Shown here: in pieces, positions 49,395 to 58,230 of the stretch
Layout of the letters: each line of letters starts with the position of its first letter
How positions within the stretch are numbered: position 1 is the stretch's first letter
DNA from: Alphaproteobacteria bacterium
GTDB taxonomy: Bacteria; Pseudomonadota; Alphaproteobacteria; UBA828
Length of the DNA: 64,000 bases
Assembly: GCA_965221125.1 (NCBI GenBank)
Contig: CBDCRW010000007.1
Location: 672,001-736,000 of the forward strand
Direction: 5' to 3'
Made by a program: the position numbers and the translations under genes
The notes under the pieces: model-generated
What the model was told of the DNA's origin: nothing
The model's database searches: none
Seen by the model: the letters and a program-made list of their open reading frames with translations, nothing else

Positions 49395-50297
49395 GTGAGC
49401 AGCAAGGCGCCGCCCAAATCGAGAGCTTCCGCTAAAGAACAGTCATCCGCCAAGGCCCGAAAGGGCTCTGCAGCCTCCTCCGGCACCGCGGCACGATCGA
49501 AGGCATCGGCGCGCTCCCGGACGGCGGCGAAGAAGTCGACCGGCGCGGCAGGCAGCACGTGGCGTACCGCATCGCGGCGCGCATCGAAGCAGCCGGAAGC
49601 CTCGGAGGAAAGTTCGGTGAAGCCCCGGTCAGCGGCCGGCGGCGCGAAGAGCGCCAGGGCCGCGAAGTCCACGAAGACGGCAAAGGCCGGAAGCGGCCCG
49701 AAGGCCGGAGCCGGCGCGAAGGCCAAGCGCCCCGCCAAGGGAAGCGCCGCCGGCAAGGCGGGCGCCGCTCCTGCCGAGGCGCGGCGGAAGAAGAAGGCCC
49801 CGACCGAGATCAACGGCTTCGCCGTGGGGGATCATGTGGTCTATCCCGCCCACGGGGTCGGCCGCATCACGGGGATCGACGAGCGGACGGTGGGGGATCA
49901 GACCCTGCAGATGTTCGTCGTGGCCTTCGAGAAGGACAAGATGACCCTGCTGGTGCCGACCGACAAGGTCGACTCGGCCGGCATGCGCCGGCTCAGCTCG
50001 CGCGAGACCATGGACGCGGCCATCACGACCCTGCGCGGCCGCGCACGCACGCGCCGCGTCATGTGGAGCCGGCGGGCCCAGGAGTACGAGGCGAAGCTGA
50101 ACTCCGGCGATCCGGTCTCGATCGCGGAAGTCGTGCGGGACCTGCACCGCAACGTCGGCCAGCCCGACCAGAGCTACAGCGAGCGCCAGATGTACGAGGC
50201 GGCGCTGGATCGACTGGCGCGCGAGTTCGCGGCGGTCGACAATACCGATACCGAGCAGGCGGCGAACAAGCTGGAGGACGTCCTGCGCGCGGCGTAG
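49395..50297 (+). CDS. carD: CarD/CdnL RNA polymerase-binding regulator with long Lys/Ala/Ser-rich N-terminal extension
   Basis: GDHVVYPAHGVG, MWSRRAQEYEAK.NSG and SYSERQ motifs; alternative GTG start at 49617. Confidence 0.93.
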   Translation: MSSKAPPKSRASAKEQSSAKARKGSAASSGTAARSKASARSRTAAKKSTGAAGSTWRTASRRASKQPEASEESSVKPRSAAGGAKSARAAKSTKTAKAGSGPKAGAGAKAKRPAKGSAAGKAGAAPAEARRKKKAPTEINGFAVGDHVVYPAHGVGRITGIDERTVGDQTLQMFVVAFEKDKMTLLVPTDKVDSAGMRRLSSRETMDAAITTLRGRARTRRVMWSRRAQEYEAKLNSGDPVSIAEVVRDLHRNVGQPDQSYSERQMYEAALDRLAREFAAVDNTDTEQAANKLEDVLRAA

Positions 50298-50319
50298 GGG
50301 TCGTCCTCCCTGCAACCAA

Positions 50320-51126
50320 GTGGGCTGCGCCACCAACGAACGCTTCGTGACGATCCGCAGCGGCGGACGAATCTGGGCCGTCGGCGCTATCCACGGCGAA
50401 GCGGAGAGGTTGGCCGCGCTGCACGCCGCCATCGAGGAGCGGTTTCAGTCGGGCGACCGAATCGTCTATCTCGGCAACTACCTTGGCCTCGGCGCGCAGG
50501 TTGCCGCCACCCTCGACGAGCTGGTGGCATTCCGTGGTGCGTTGCTTGCCGTCCCGCACATGAGCGTCTGCGACGTGGCCTACTTGCGGGGCAGCCAGGA
50601 GGAGATGTGGCAGAAACTGTTCCAACTCCACCTCTCCGTCGAGCCGTCGAGCGTGCTGCAATGGATGTTGGACCGGGGCGTGCGGCAGACTCTCGCGGCC
50701 TACGGGTGGGGGCCCGACGAGGCGCACGGGCGGGTCAGCCATGGCTCGCAGGAGATCGCGCGCTGGCTTAGCGAGCTTCGCGCCAGAATGCAGCAGTATC
50801 CGGGGCACCAGGAGCTTCTGGCCAGCGTGCGGCAGGCGGCCTTTACCGACGACGGCGCCCTCCTGTTCGTCAATTCGGGGCTCGATCCCTCGCGCCCCCT
50901 CGATACCCAGCGAGACGCCTTCTGGTGGGGCGGCGATCGGCTCGCTGCGCTGGCCCAGCCCTACGCCGACTACAAGAGGATCATCCGCGGTTTCGATCCC
51001 TCGCAAGGCGGGGTCAACCTGGACGGCTACGTCGCGACGGTCGATGGCGGCGCAGGCTTCGGCGGCACGCTCGCGGCCGCCTGTTTCGATTCGGAAGGCA
51101 AGGCGCTTGACCGGATAGACGTGTGA
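50320..51126 (+). CDS. Calcineurin-like metallophosphoesterase homologue with degenerate metal ligands
   Basis: Motif skeleton VGAIHG / LGNYLG / LRGSQE / FVNSG / IIRGF / VDGG.GFGG.L; start uncertain. Confidence 0.75.
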   Translation: MGCATNERFVTIRSGGRIWAVGAIHGEAERLAALHAAIEERFQSGDRIVYLGNYLGLGAQVAATLDELVAFRGALLAVPHMSVCDVAYLRGSQEEMWQKLFQLHLSVEPSSVLQWMLDRGVRQTLAAYGWGPDEAHGRVSHGSQEIARWLSELRARMQQYPGHQELLASVRQAAFTDDGALLFVNSGLDPSRPLDTQRDAFWWGGDRLAALAQPYADYKRIIRGFDPSQGGVNLDGYVATVDGGAGFGGTLAAACFDSEGKALDRIDV

Positions 51127-51160
51127 CGACAACCTCTGCCGTCGGTAGAGGAAGGGCGCC

Positions 51161-52237
51161 ATGTCCTCTGGAAGTCCGGCAGCAAACGACCTGAACGCAG
51201 CGATCGGCGAGCGGATGCGCTCAGGCACGGTCTGGGCGCTGCCGGCGCGATGGTACGCCGACCCCGAGATCTACCAGGCCGAGCGCCGAAGCATCTTTTC
51301 GTCCCAGTGGCTCTGGATCGGTCGCGAGGCCGACGTGGACGAGCCGGGCCGATACCTGACCGCCACCCCCGCCGACTACCCGATCTTCGTCCGCCGCGCC
51401 GAGGACGGCGCGCTACACGGCTTCCACAATGTGTGCCGGCACCGGGCCTCGAAACTGCTCACCGAGCCGAGCGGGCACTGCCATGCCATCGAATGCCCGT
51501 ACCACGGCTGGCGCTACCGCGCCGACGGCGCGCTCGACCACGTGCCGCTCTTCGGCGAGGCGCCGGATTTCCCGAAGGGCGCGCTATCGCTCTTCCCCAT
51601 CTCCGTCGGTGTCTGGCGGGGCCTCGTCTTCGTGTGCCTGGAGCCGGAGGCGCCGCCGCTCATCGAGTGGCTCGGCCCCATCGAGGAGGCGGTCGAACGG
51701 ACCGCTCCGGCGCAGGCCGCGTTCGGGCGGAGCTTCGAATTCGTTATCGACTGCAACTGGAAGACCTATGTCGACAATTACCAGGAGGGGTATCACATCC
51801 CGCCGTTGCACCCCGGACTGCACCGCGATCTCGACTGGAAGCGCTACAGGGTCATCAATTTCGAGGGCGGCAGCCTTCACGACGGGCCGGCCAAGGGAGC
51901 CTCGAACCACCCCGGCGCCTTCGGCTGGCGTTTCCCCAATTTCGCGTTCAACTCGTACCCGGATGGGCTTTCGTACATGCGCATGGAGCCGGTCGGCCCG
52001 CGCCGGACACGTCTCGTCTATGACTATTGGAAGCCGGACTCGGTCAGCCAGGCGGACTTCGAGGCGACGTTGGAGTACGGCCTCCAGGTGTCGAAGGAGG
52101 ATCAATGGATCACGCCGATCATTCAGGAGAACTTAGAGGCCGGCGTGTACGAAGCGGGTCCGCTCAGCCCGCTTCACGAGAACGGCGTGCACTACTTTCA
52201 CGAGATGGTGCGGGAGGCCGTCGGCTCCGCAGCGTAA
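51161..52237 (+). CDS. Rieske non-heme iron oxygenase alpha subunit (choline/carnitine monooxygenase-like)
   Basis: CRH..CPYH Rieske site; NWK.YVDNYQEGYHIPPLH and ED..I....Q mononuclear iron site. Confidence 0.9.
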   Translation: MSSGSPAANDLNAAIGERMRSGTVWALPARWYADPEIYQAERRSIFSSQWLWIGREADVDEPGRYLTATPADYPIFVRRAEDGALHGFHNVCRHRASKLLTEPSGHCHAIECPYHGWRYRADGALDHVPLFGEAPDFPKGALSLFPISVGVWRGLVFVCLEPEAPPLIEWLGPIEEAVERTAPAQAAFGRSFEFVIDCNWKTYVDNYQEGYHIPPLHPGLHRDLDWKRYRVINFEGGSLHDGPAKGASNHPGAFGWRFPNFAFNSYPDGLSYMRMEPVGPRRTRLVYDYWKPDSVSQADFEATLEYGLQVSKEDQWITPIIQENLEAGVYEAGPLSPLHENGVHYFHEMVREAVGSAA

Positions 52238-53349
52238 GGCGTCAGGCGCGCTCCATCCGCGTCACCTGGGGCGACGGCGCCACGGCGACCTTTCATCACC
52301 TCTGGCTTAGGGACAATTGCGGTTGCGGACAGTGCCGCCACCCCGACACGCTGGAGCGAATCCTCGACCCGCTCTCCGTTCCGTCCGACCTCGCCCCCGC
52401 GTCGGTCTCGATCACCGAGTCGGGCGGACTCCGGGTCGTTTGGCGGCCCGAAGGTCATGTGAGCGACTACGAGTCGGACTGGCTCAGGGGGCATCGCGGC
52501 GGGGCCCACGATCGTTCGCATTGCGGCCTGGCTCCGGTCATGTGGGGCGCCGAGCTCTCGAAGGCGATGCCGTGTGCTGACTATGGTGCCGTCACCGCGA
52601 GCGACGGTGCCCACTTGCAATGGCTTCGCTTGCTGCGCGATTCAGGTGTCGTCGTCCTGCGCGGCACGCCACGCGAGCCGCTGAGCGTCCTCGCCCTCGC
52701 GGGTCTGATCGGCCCTGCACGAGCGACCAATTTCGGCGAGCATTTCGATGTCGTCTCGAAGCCCGAGCCCAACAGCAACGCCTACACGGCGCTCGGGCTG
52801 CTCTGCCACACGGATCTGCCCAACTGGGAACGGCCGCCCGATTACCAGTTGCTGCATTGCCTCGAGAACGAGGCGGAGGGCGGCGACTCCATTCTGGTGG
52901 ACGGCTTCCGGGCGGCCGAGGAGTTGCGCCGGCGGGCGCCTGCCGCCTACCGGCTGCTGACGCGTTCTCCCATCGACTTCCGCTTCCAGGACGACGAGTC
53001 GGACATTCGCTTCCGCGCCCCGACCATCGCGCTGGACGAGGCCGGCACGGTCACCGAGGTGCGCTTCAATTTCGCTGTGATGGACGCGATCAATGCGCCG
53101 GCGGAGCGCATCGGTCCGATCTGCCGCGCGCTCCGCGCCTTCGCAACGGTGATCCGCGATCCGGCGCTGGAGTGCCGCTATCGCCTCAGTCCGGGCGAGC
53201 TGTTGATTTTCGACAACCGCCGGGTCCTGCACGGCCGCGCCGCGTTCGATCCCTCGACCGGCCGGCGGCATCTGCAGGGCTGCTACGTGGACCGGGATCA
53301 GCTTCTCAGCCGCATCCGCGTTCTGGAGCGATCGACACCGCTTCAGTGA
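52105..53349 (+). CDS. Gamma-butyrobetaine/trimethyllysine dioxygenase-like (TauD family)
   Basis: WLRDNCGCGQC..GH Zn domain; HTD, FDNRRVLHGR and RHLQGCY motifs; start ambiguous (nearest canonical start is ATG 52105, inside the Rieske gene). Confidence 0.88.
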   Translation: MDHADHSGELRGRRVRSGSAQPASRERRALLSRDGAGGRRLRSVRRQARSIRVTWGDGATATFHHLWLRDNCGCGQCRHPDTLERILDPLSVPSDLAPASVSITESGGLRVVWRPEGHVSDYESDWLRGHRGGAHDRSHCGLAPVMWGAELSKAMPCADYGAVTASDGAHLQWLRLLRDSGVVVLRGTPREPLSVLALAGLIGPARATNFGEHFDVVSKPEPNSNAYTALGLLCHTDLPNWERPPDYQLLHCLENEAEGGDSILVDGFRAAEELRRRAPAAYRLLTRSPIDFRFQDDESDIRFRAPTIALDEAGTVTEVRFNFAVMDAINAPAERIGPICRALRAFATVIRDPALECRYRLSPGELLIFDNRRVLHGRAAFDPSTGRRHLQGCYVDRDQLLSRIRVLERSTPLQ

Positions 53350-53370
53350 GGGCAGGGACGGGGCAGCGCC

Positions 53371-54336
53371 TCAGTTGAACTCGCGCTCAAGGGCCTCGGC
53401 GAGCTCGAAGATATCCACGCAGGCGCCGTGGTGGGCGACGTTGAAGATCGGCGCCTCCGGGTCGGTGTTCACCGCGATGATCGTGTCCACGTGCTTCATC
53501 CCGGCCAGGTGCTGAACCGCGCCCGAGATGCCGAGCGCCAGGTAGAGCGAGCAGTTGCCCGCAATGGTGCCCGACTGGCCGACCTGGTGGGCCTTGGGCA
53601 GCCAGCCCGAATCCGCCACTGGGCGCGAGCAGCCGAGCGTGGCGCCGAGCCGCTCCGCCAGCGCGGCGAACTGGGGCAGATTCTTGTCCTCGCCGAGGGC
53701 GCGGCCGACCGAGAGGATGAACTCCGCCTTGCCGATGTCCACGTCGGCCGGCGGGGCCGGCAGATAGTCGATATGGCGGCCGGCGCCAGCCACGGCCTCG
53801 AATTCGACCGCGAACGGCTCGACGCTCGCGATACCTGCCTCTTCCGGGGCCTTGAACGTCGCGCCCCGCAGCGTCAGCACGATCACGGGTTTTTCCGGGA
53901 AGGCCAGGTCCATGGAGACCTTGCCGCCGTAGCCGCTCCGGGTCGCCACCGGCTCGCCACCCTCCGCCGAAAGCCCGAACACGTCGGACGCGAAGCCTGA
54001 GCCGAGGCGCGCGGCAACCGCCGGACCGAAGGCCATGCCGGCCGCGGTATGGCCGATCAGCACTATCCGCACCTGCCTGTCCTCGGCGAGCGTGCAGACT
54101 GCCTCCTCGTACAAGGCGGGATCGAAATGCGAATCGGGCTGTGCCACCGTCACGATCTGGTCCACGCCCGCGCGATTGGCGGCGTCGGCGAGCGCGTCCG
54201 CCTCTCGCCCGATGACGAGGACGGTCAACGGCCCGCCGATGCCCTTCTTGACCGCAGCGGCAGCGCCGATCATCTCCAGCGTCACGTCGCGCATGGTGCC
54301 GTCGAAATGCTCGGCGACGACGAGGATGCCGGCCAT
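53371..54336 (-). CDS. etfA: Electron transfer flavoprotein alpha subunit
   Basis: ILVVAEH, CSRP, QVGQSG and GISGAVQH.AGM motifs; TGATG coupling to the upstream fusion gene. Confidence 0.96.
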   Translation of the reverse strand: MAGILVVAEHFDGTMRDVTLEMIGAAAAVKKGIGGPLTVLVIGREADALADAANRAGVDQIVTVAQPDSHFDPALYEEAVCTLAEDRQVRIVLIGHTAAGMAFGPAVAARLGSGFASDVFGLSAEGGEPVATRSGYGGKVSMDLAFPEKPVIVLTLRGATFKAPEEAGIASVEPFAVEFEAVAGAGRHIDYLPAPPADVDIGKAEFILSVGRALGEDKNLPQFAALAERLGATLGCSRPVADSGWLPKAHQVGQSGTIAGNCSLYLALGISGAVQHLAGMKHVDTIIAVNTDPEAPIFNVAHHGACVDIFELAEALEREFN

Positions 54337-57300
54337 CACGTCTCTCCCCGCTTGTCTCGAATGATCCCGGCGATGGCCGTGGCGACCGCCGCCGCGTCGC
54401 CCTCGATCATCGCCGCGCGCCCGGTTTTGGGCGGCTCGTACAGCTGGCGCACCACGGCCCCCGCCTGATCGAGGCCCACGCCGGCGCCGTCCACCACGGC
54501 GATGGGCTTCTTTCTGGCCTGCTTGATCATGCGCATGGTGGCGTAGCGCGGCGTGCTGCCGCCGGTCTGCACCGTGAGCAGCGCCGGCGCCGGCAACGAA
54601 AGCTGCTGGCGCATGCCGCCTTCGAGCTCGCGGGTGACGGTCATCGCGTCCCCGCCGTCCCACTCGATTCCGAGAACGACGGCCGCATGCGGCAGGCCGA
54701 GAATGCGCGCCAGCGCCGAGCCCGTGGCGCCGTGGCCCAGATCGGCGGACTGCGCGCCGGTCAGCACCATATCCGGCGACTCCTGCGCAGCGACCCCCGC
54801 GAGCACGCGGGCGATGGTCACCGGGTCGGCGTCGCGCAGGCTCTCGTCCCACACCCGGACTCCCCGGTGAGCACCCTTGGCGAGCGCGCGACGGAGAGTG
54901 TCCTCGGCATCCTCGGGGCCGACGGTGACGGCGACGACCTCGCCAGCGCCGAGCCCTTCCGTCAGCAGCAGCGCTTCCTCCAGCGCCGCCTCGTCCCACT
55001 CGTTCAGCTCGTGCTCGAAATGCTCGTCCGCGATCGTGTTCGCGTCCTCGTCGATGGCGAACTCGGGGTTCAGCTCGCCCACCCGCTTGACCGCGACGAG
55101 CACCCTCGGCCCGTCCTTCTCCGGCACTTCGTAAGGAGGCAGGGTCGCCGCGCTCACCGGCGCCGCGCGCCAGGGACCGGCGGCGGGCGCTGCTTCCGCC
55201 TGCTCGACGGCCGGCTCCGCAGCGTCCACCGCAGGCGCCGGCCGTTGCGAAGCGGCAGCGGCGAGCGTGGGCGCCCGCTCGACAAGTTCGCTCACCACGC
55301 GCTCGGTCACGGCATCGGCGAGCCGGTCGGCCAGCCGGTCCGCCACGGCATCGGCAATGCGCACCGCCGCGGCCTCGGTGATGCGATCGACGAGCGCCGG
55401 CACCTCCTTGAGGTCGATGCTCTTCAGGTCGATCGCCTCGGCCACCAGCTCCGCCAGGTCCTGGACGACGAAGTCGTCCTCGTGGCCGCTGGTCTTGCGG
55501 GCGTCCTCGAACATGGTCATGTCCTTGGGGCAGCAAACGACGAAGGTGTCGAGATTACCGAGAGACGCCGCCTCGTGCATCCTGTTCTCGGCGGGCCGCT
55601 CCTTGCCCACCGGATCGGGCATCCAGATGCGCCCGCCGCCGGCGCCGCAGCAGAACGAGTTGTCGCGGCAGCGCGGCATGTCCACCAGCTCGCAGCCGAT
55701 CAACTCCAGCACCCGGCGGGGCTCGTCGTAATGGCCGTTGAACCTGCCGAGATGGCAGGGGTCGTGGAGCGTCACCCGTAGCCCGAGGGGCTTCACGACG
55801 GTAAGCCGCCCGCTCTCCAGCAATTCCGCGAGGACGCTCGTGTAGTGGCGGATCGGCGCGGTCTCGCCGAAGTCGGGATACTCGTTGCGGATGGTGTTGT
55901 AGCTGTGGGGGTCCGTGGTGACGATCGCGTCGAATTGCTCCGCGGCCGCCATCGCTTCCAGGTTGTGTTCCGCCAGCGATTCGAAGAGGCCTTCCTCGCC
56001 GACCCGGCGCACGTCGTTGCCGGCGGTCCGCTCGCTCTCGTAGAGCAGGCCGAAGTCGAGGCCGGCCGTGCGGAAGAGACGCGCGACCGTGCGCGAAACA
56101 TCCTGGTTGCGGGGATCGTAGGATGCGTAGTCGCCCACGAACCAGAGGTTTTCCGCCGCCTCCGCGCGGACGTCCTTGACCGGGAACTCAAGCGCCGCGG
56201 TCCACCCGCCGCGGCTGCGCGGGCTTTCGCCAAAGCTGTTGCCGCGATTGGCGATCATGTCGAGGGTGTCGCGGAGCTGCTGCTCCATGTCGCCGTCCTC
56301 GACGAGCTGGCGCCGCATCTGCACGATCATCGGCGGATGCTCGATGCCGACCGGGCAGATTTCCATGCAGGCGCCGCAGGAGCGGCAGGACCAGAGCGTC
56401 TCCGCCTCGATCACGTCGCCGATCAGCGATGCGCCGTTCGCCCCCGGCCTGAAGGCGCTCCGCGCGGCGTGGGAGCGCAGGTCGAGGATCAGGTCGCGCG
56501 GGCTGAGCGGCGCACCGCTCGCGGTTGCCGGGCAGGCCTCGTGGCAGCGGCCGCACTTGGTGCAGGCGTCGAGGTTGAGCAGGTCCTTCCACGAGAACTG
56601 CCCGATGCTGCCGAACCCCACGTCGGGCTCGGCGTCCTCCGCGCCGCCGGCGAGGGCCGGCTTGGGCAGGCGGCGGAGGGCCAGGGCGTCGCGCGTGGAA
56701 AGCGAGCCGAGCACGGCGATGATATGCTTCGCCTTGGTCCAGGGGATCGCCGCGATGAACGCCAGCGCCGCGATGCCGTGGATCCACCAGTTGGCCCGGC
56801 GCACGGCGGCGGCGCCCGCTTCGTCCATGCCGAGGCCCAGGAAAATCTCGGCGAGCACCCAGCCGACCGGCGACCACGCCCCCCAGGCCGGCTGATCCAT
56901 GGCGAGCCGCACGCCCTCCTGCAGGAAGCCGGTGACACCGATCAGCAGCAGCGCCCAGAGGAACAGCGCGTCGTCGCGGAGCCAGGCGCGGGCGCGGGGC
57001 CGCTCCTCGGTCTCGCCGCGGTACTCCCGCTTGTAGTCCAGCTTGGCGGGCCGGACCTGCCAGCGCCGCCACATCATGTAGACGCAGCCCACGATCAGCC
57101 CGAGGCCGGCAAGATCGGCGATCAGGCTGAAGACGAGATAGAAGGTGCCGTGCCAGAAGGTGAAGCCGAAGAAAGGCTCCGAAATGTCGTACTCGACCGT
57201 GATGATGCTGGTCGCGGCGAGCAGCAGGAGAAAGCCGTACATGATCGGCGTGTGCGCGTGGCCTGCGGCGCGGTCGCGCCGGTGCACGGTCCGCTGCGAG

Positions 57301-57491
57301 AAGACGTCGAACACCATGCGCCAGAAGCCGCGCCAGGGATGCACCGGGACCGGGCTGCGCCGCGCCCGCGCGTAGCGCCAGACGTGCCAGGCGACGCCGG
57401 CTGCGGCCACCGCCATCGCCGCCCCTGCGACGACGAAGAAGAGCGTGTGACCGAGGGAGGTGATCTCCCAGAAGAGCTCGCGGGTCTCCAC
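54336..57491 (-). CDS. Fusion of a FadF/EMO/DgcB-type membrane Fe-S oxidoreductase and an ETF beta subunit
   Basis: NarI-like transmembrane domain with His residues; CTKCGRCHEACP and CRSCGACMEICP; CCG domains (HDPC, FCCGAGGG); ~100-aa linker; EtfB motifs (VLVAVK, NEWD..ALEEA, G.QS.D, RELEGG, PRYA). Confidence 0.9.
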   Translation of the reverse strand: METRELFWEITSLGHTLFFVVAGAAMAVAAAGVAWHVWRYARARRSPVPVHPWRGFWRMVFDVFSQRTVHRRDRAAGHAHTPIMYGFLLLLAATSIITVEYDISEPFFGFTFWHGTFYLVFSLIADLAGLGLIVGCVYMMWRRWQVRPAKLDYKREYRGETEERPRARAWLRDDALFLWALLLIGVTGFLQEGVRLAMDQPAWGAWSPVGWVLAEIFLGLGMDEAGAAAVRRANWWIHGIAALAFIAAIPWTKAKHIIAVLGSLSTRDALALRRLPKPALAGGAEDAEPDVGFGSIGQFSWKDLLNLDACTKCGRCHEACPATASGAPLSPRDLILDLRSHAARSAFRPGANGASLIGDVIEAETLWSCRSCGACMEICPVGIEHPPMIVQMRRQLVEDGDMEQQLRDTLDMIANRGNSFGESPRSRGGWTAALEFPVKDVRAEAAENLWFVGDYASYDPRNQDVSRTVARLFRTAGLDFGLLYESERTAGNDVRRVGEEGLFESLAEHNLEAMAAAEQFDAIVTTDPHSYNTIRNEYPDFGETAPIRHYTSVLAELLESGRLTVVKPLGLRVTLHDPCHLGRFNGHYDEPRRVLELIGCELVDMPRCRDNSFCCGAGGGRIWMPDPVGKERPAENRMHEAASLGNLDTFVVCCPKDMTMFEDARKTSGHEDDFVVQDLAELVAEAIDLKSIDLKEVPALVDRITEAAAVRIADAVADRLADRLADAVTERVVSELVERAPTLAAAASQRPAPAVDAAEPAVEQAEAAPAAGPWRAAPVSAATLPPYEVPEKDGPRVLVAVKRVGELNPEFAIDEDANTIADEHFEHELNEWDEAALEEALLLTEGLGAGEVVAVTVGPEDAEDTLRRALAKGAHRGVRVWDESLRDADPVTIARVLAGVAAQESPDMVLTGAQSADLGHGATGSALARILGLPHAAVVLGIEWDGGDAMTVTRELEGGMRQQLSLPAPALLTVQTGGSTPRYATMRMIKQARKKPIAVVDGAGVGLDQAGAVVRQLYEPPKTGRAAMIEGDAAAVATAIAGIIRDKRGET

Positions 57492-57522
57492 AGCCTCACC
57501 CGGCCTTCATGAGGCCTGACCG

Positions 57523-58230
57523 CTAACCGCCGAGGTACACCTTGCGGACGTGCTGGTCGTCGCGAATCCGCTCGGCCTCGCCTTCCAGCGCGACGCGGCC
57601 GGTTTCCAGCACGTAGGCATAGCGCGCGAGCTTGAGCGCGAGCTCCGCGTTCTGCTCGACCAGCACGACGGGCACGCCCCGCGCGTTGATGTCGACGACG
57701 ATCCTGGCGATCTCCTGCACCATCACGGGGGAGAGGCCCAGGGAAGGCTCGTCGAGCAGCAGCAGCTTCGGCCGCGCCATCAGCGCCCGGCCGATCGCCA
57801 GCATCTGCTGCTCGCCGCCGGAGAGCGTCTTGCCGTACTGGGTGCGCCGCTCCTTGAGCCGGGGGAAGCGCTCATAGACGGCTTCCAGGTCCTGCTTGAT
57901 CCCGTCCTTGTCGCGCCTGAGGAACGCGCCCGTGTTCAGGTTCTCGAAGACCGTGAGCTCGGGAAAGACATGCCGGCCCTCGGGCACGTGCGCGATGCCG
58001 CGCTTCACCACTTCGTCAGGCGGCAGCGAGTCGATGCGCGCACCGTCGAACCAGATCTCGCCCTTGCTCGCGCGCACCAGGCCCGAGACGGTACGCAGCG
58101 TCGTGCTCTTGCCGGCGCCGTTTGCGCCGATCAGGGTCACGATGTCGCCCTCGCCGACCTCCATCGAGACCGCGCGCAGCGCCGTCACCTTGTTGTAGTG
58201 GACGGTCAGCGACTTGATCTGGAAGAGCAT
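57523..58230 (-). CDS. livF: LivF-like ABC ATP-binding protein
   Basis: GANGAGKST, VPEGR.VF, LSGGEQQMLA and VEQN motifs. Confidence 0.92.
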   Translation of the reverse strand: MLFQIKSLTVHYNKVTALRAVSMEVGEGDIVTLIGANGAGKSTTLRTVSGLVRASKGEIWFDGARIDSLPPDEVVKRGIAHVPEGRHVFPELTVFENLNTGAFLRRDKDGIKQDLEAVYERFPRLKERRTQYGKTLSGGEQQMLAIGRALMARPKLLLLDEPSLGLSPVMVQEIARIVVDINARGVPVVLVEQNAELALKLARYAYVLETGRVALEGEAERIRDDQHVRKVYLGG

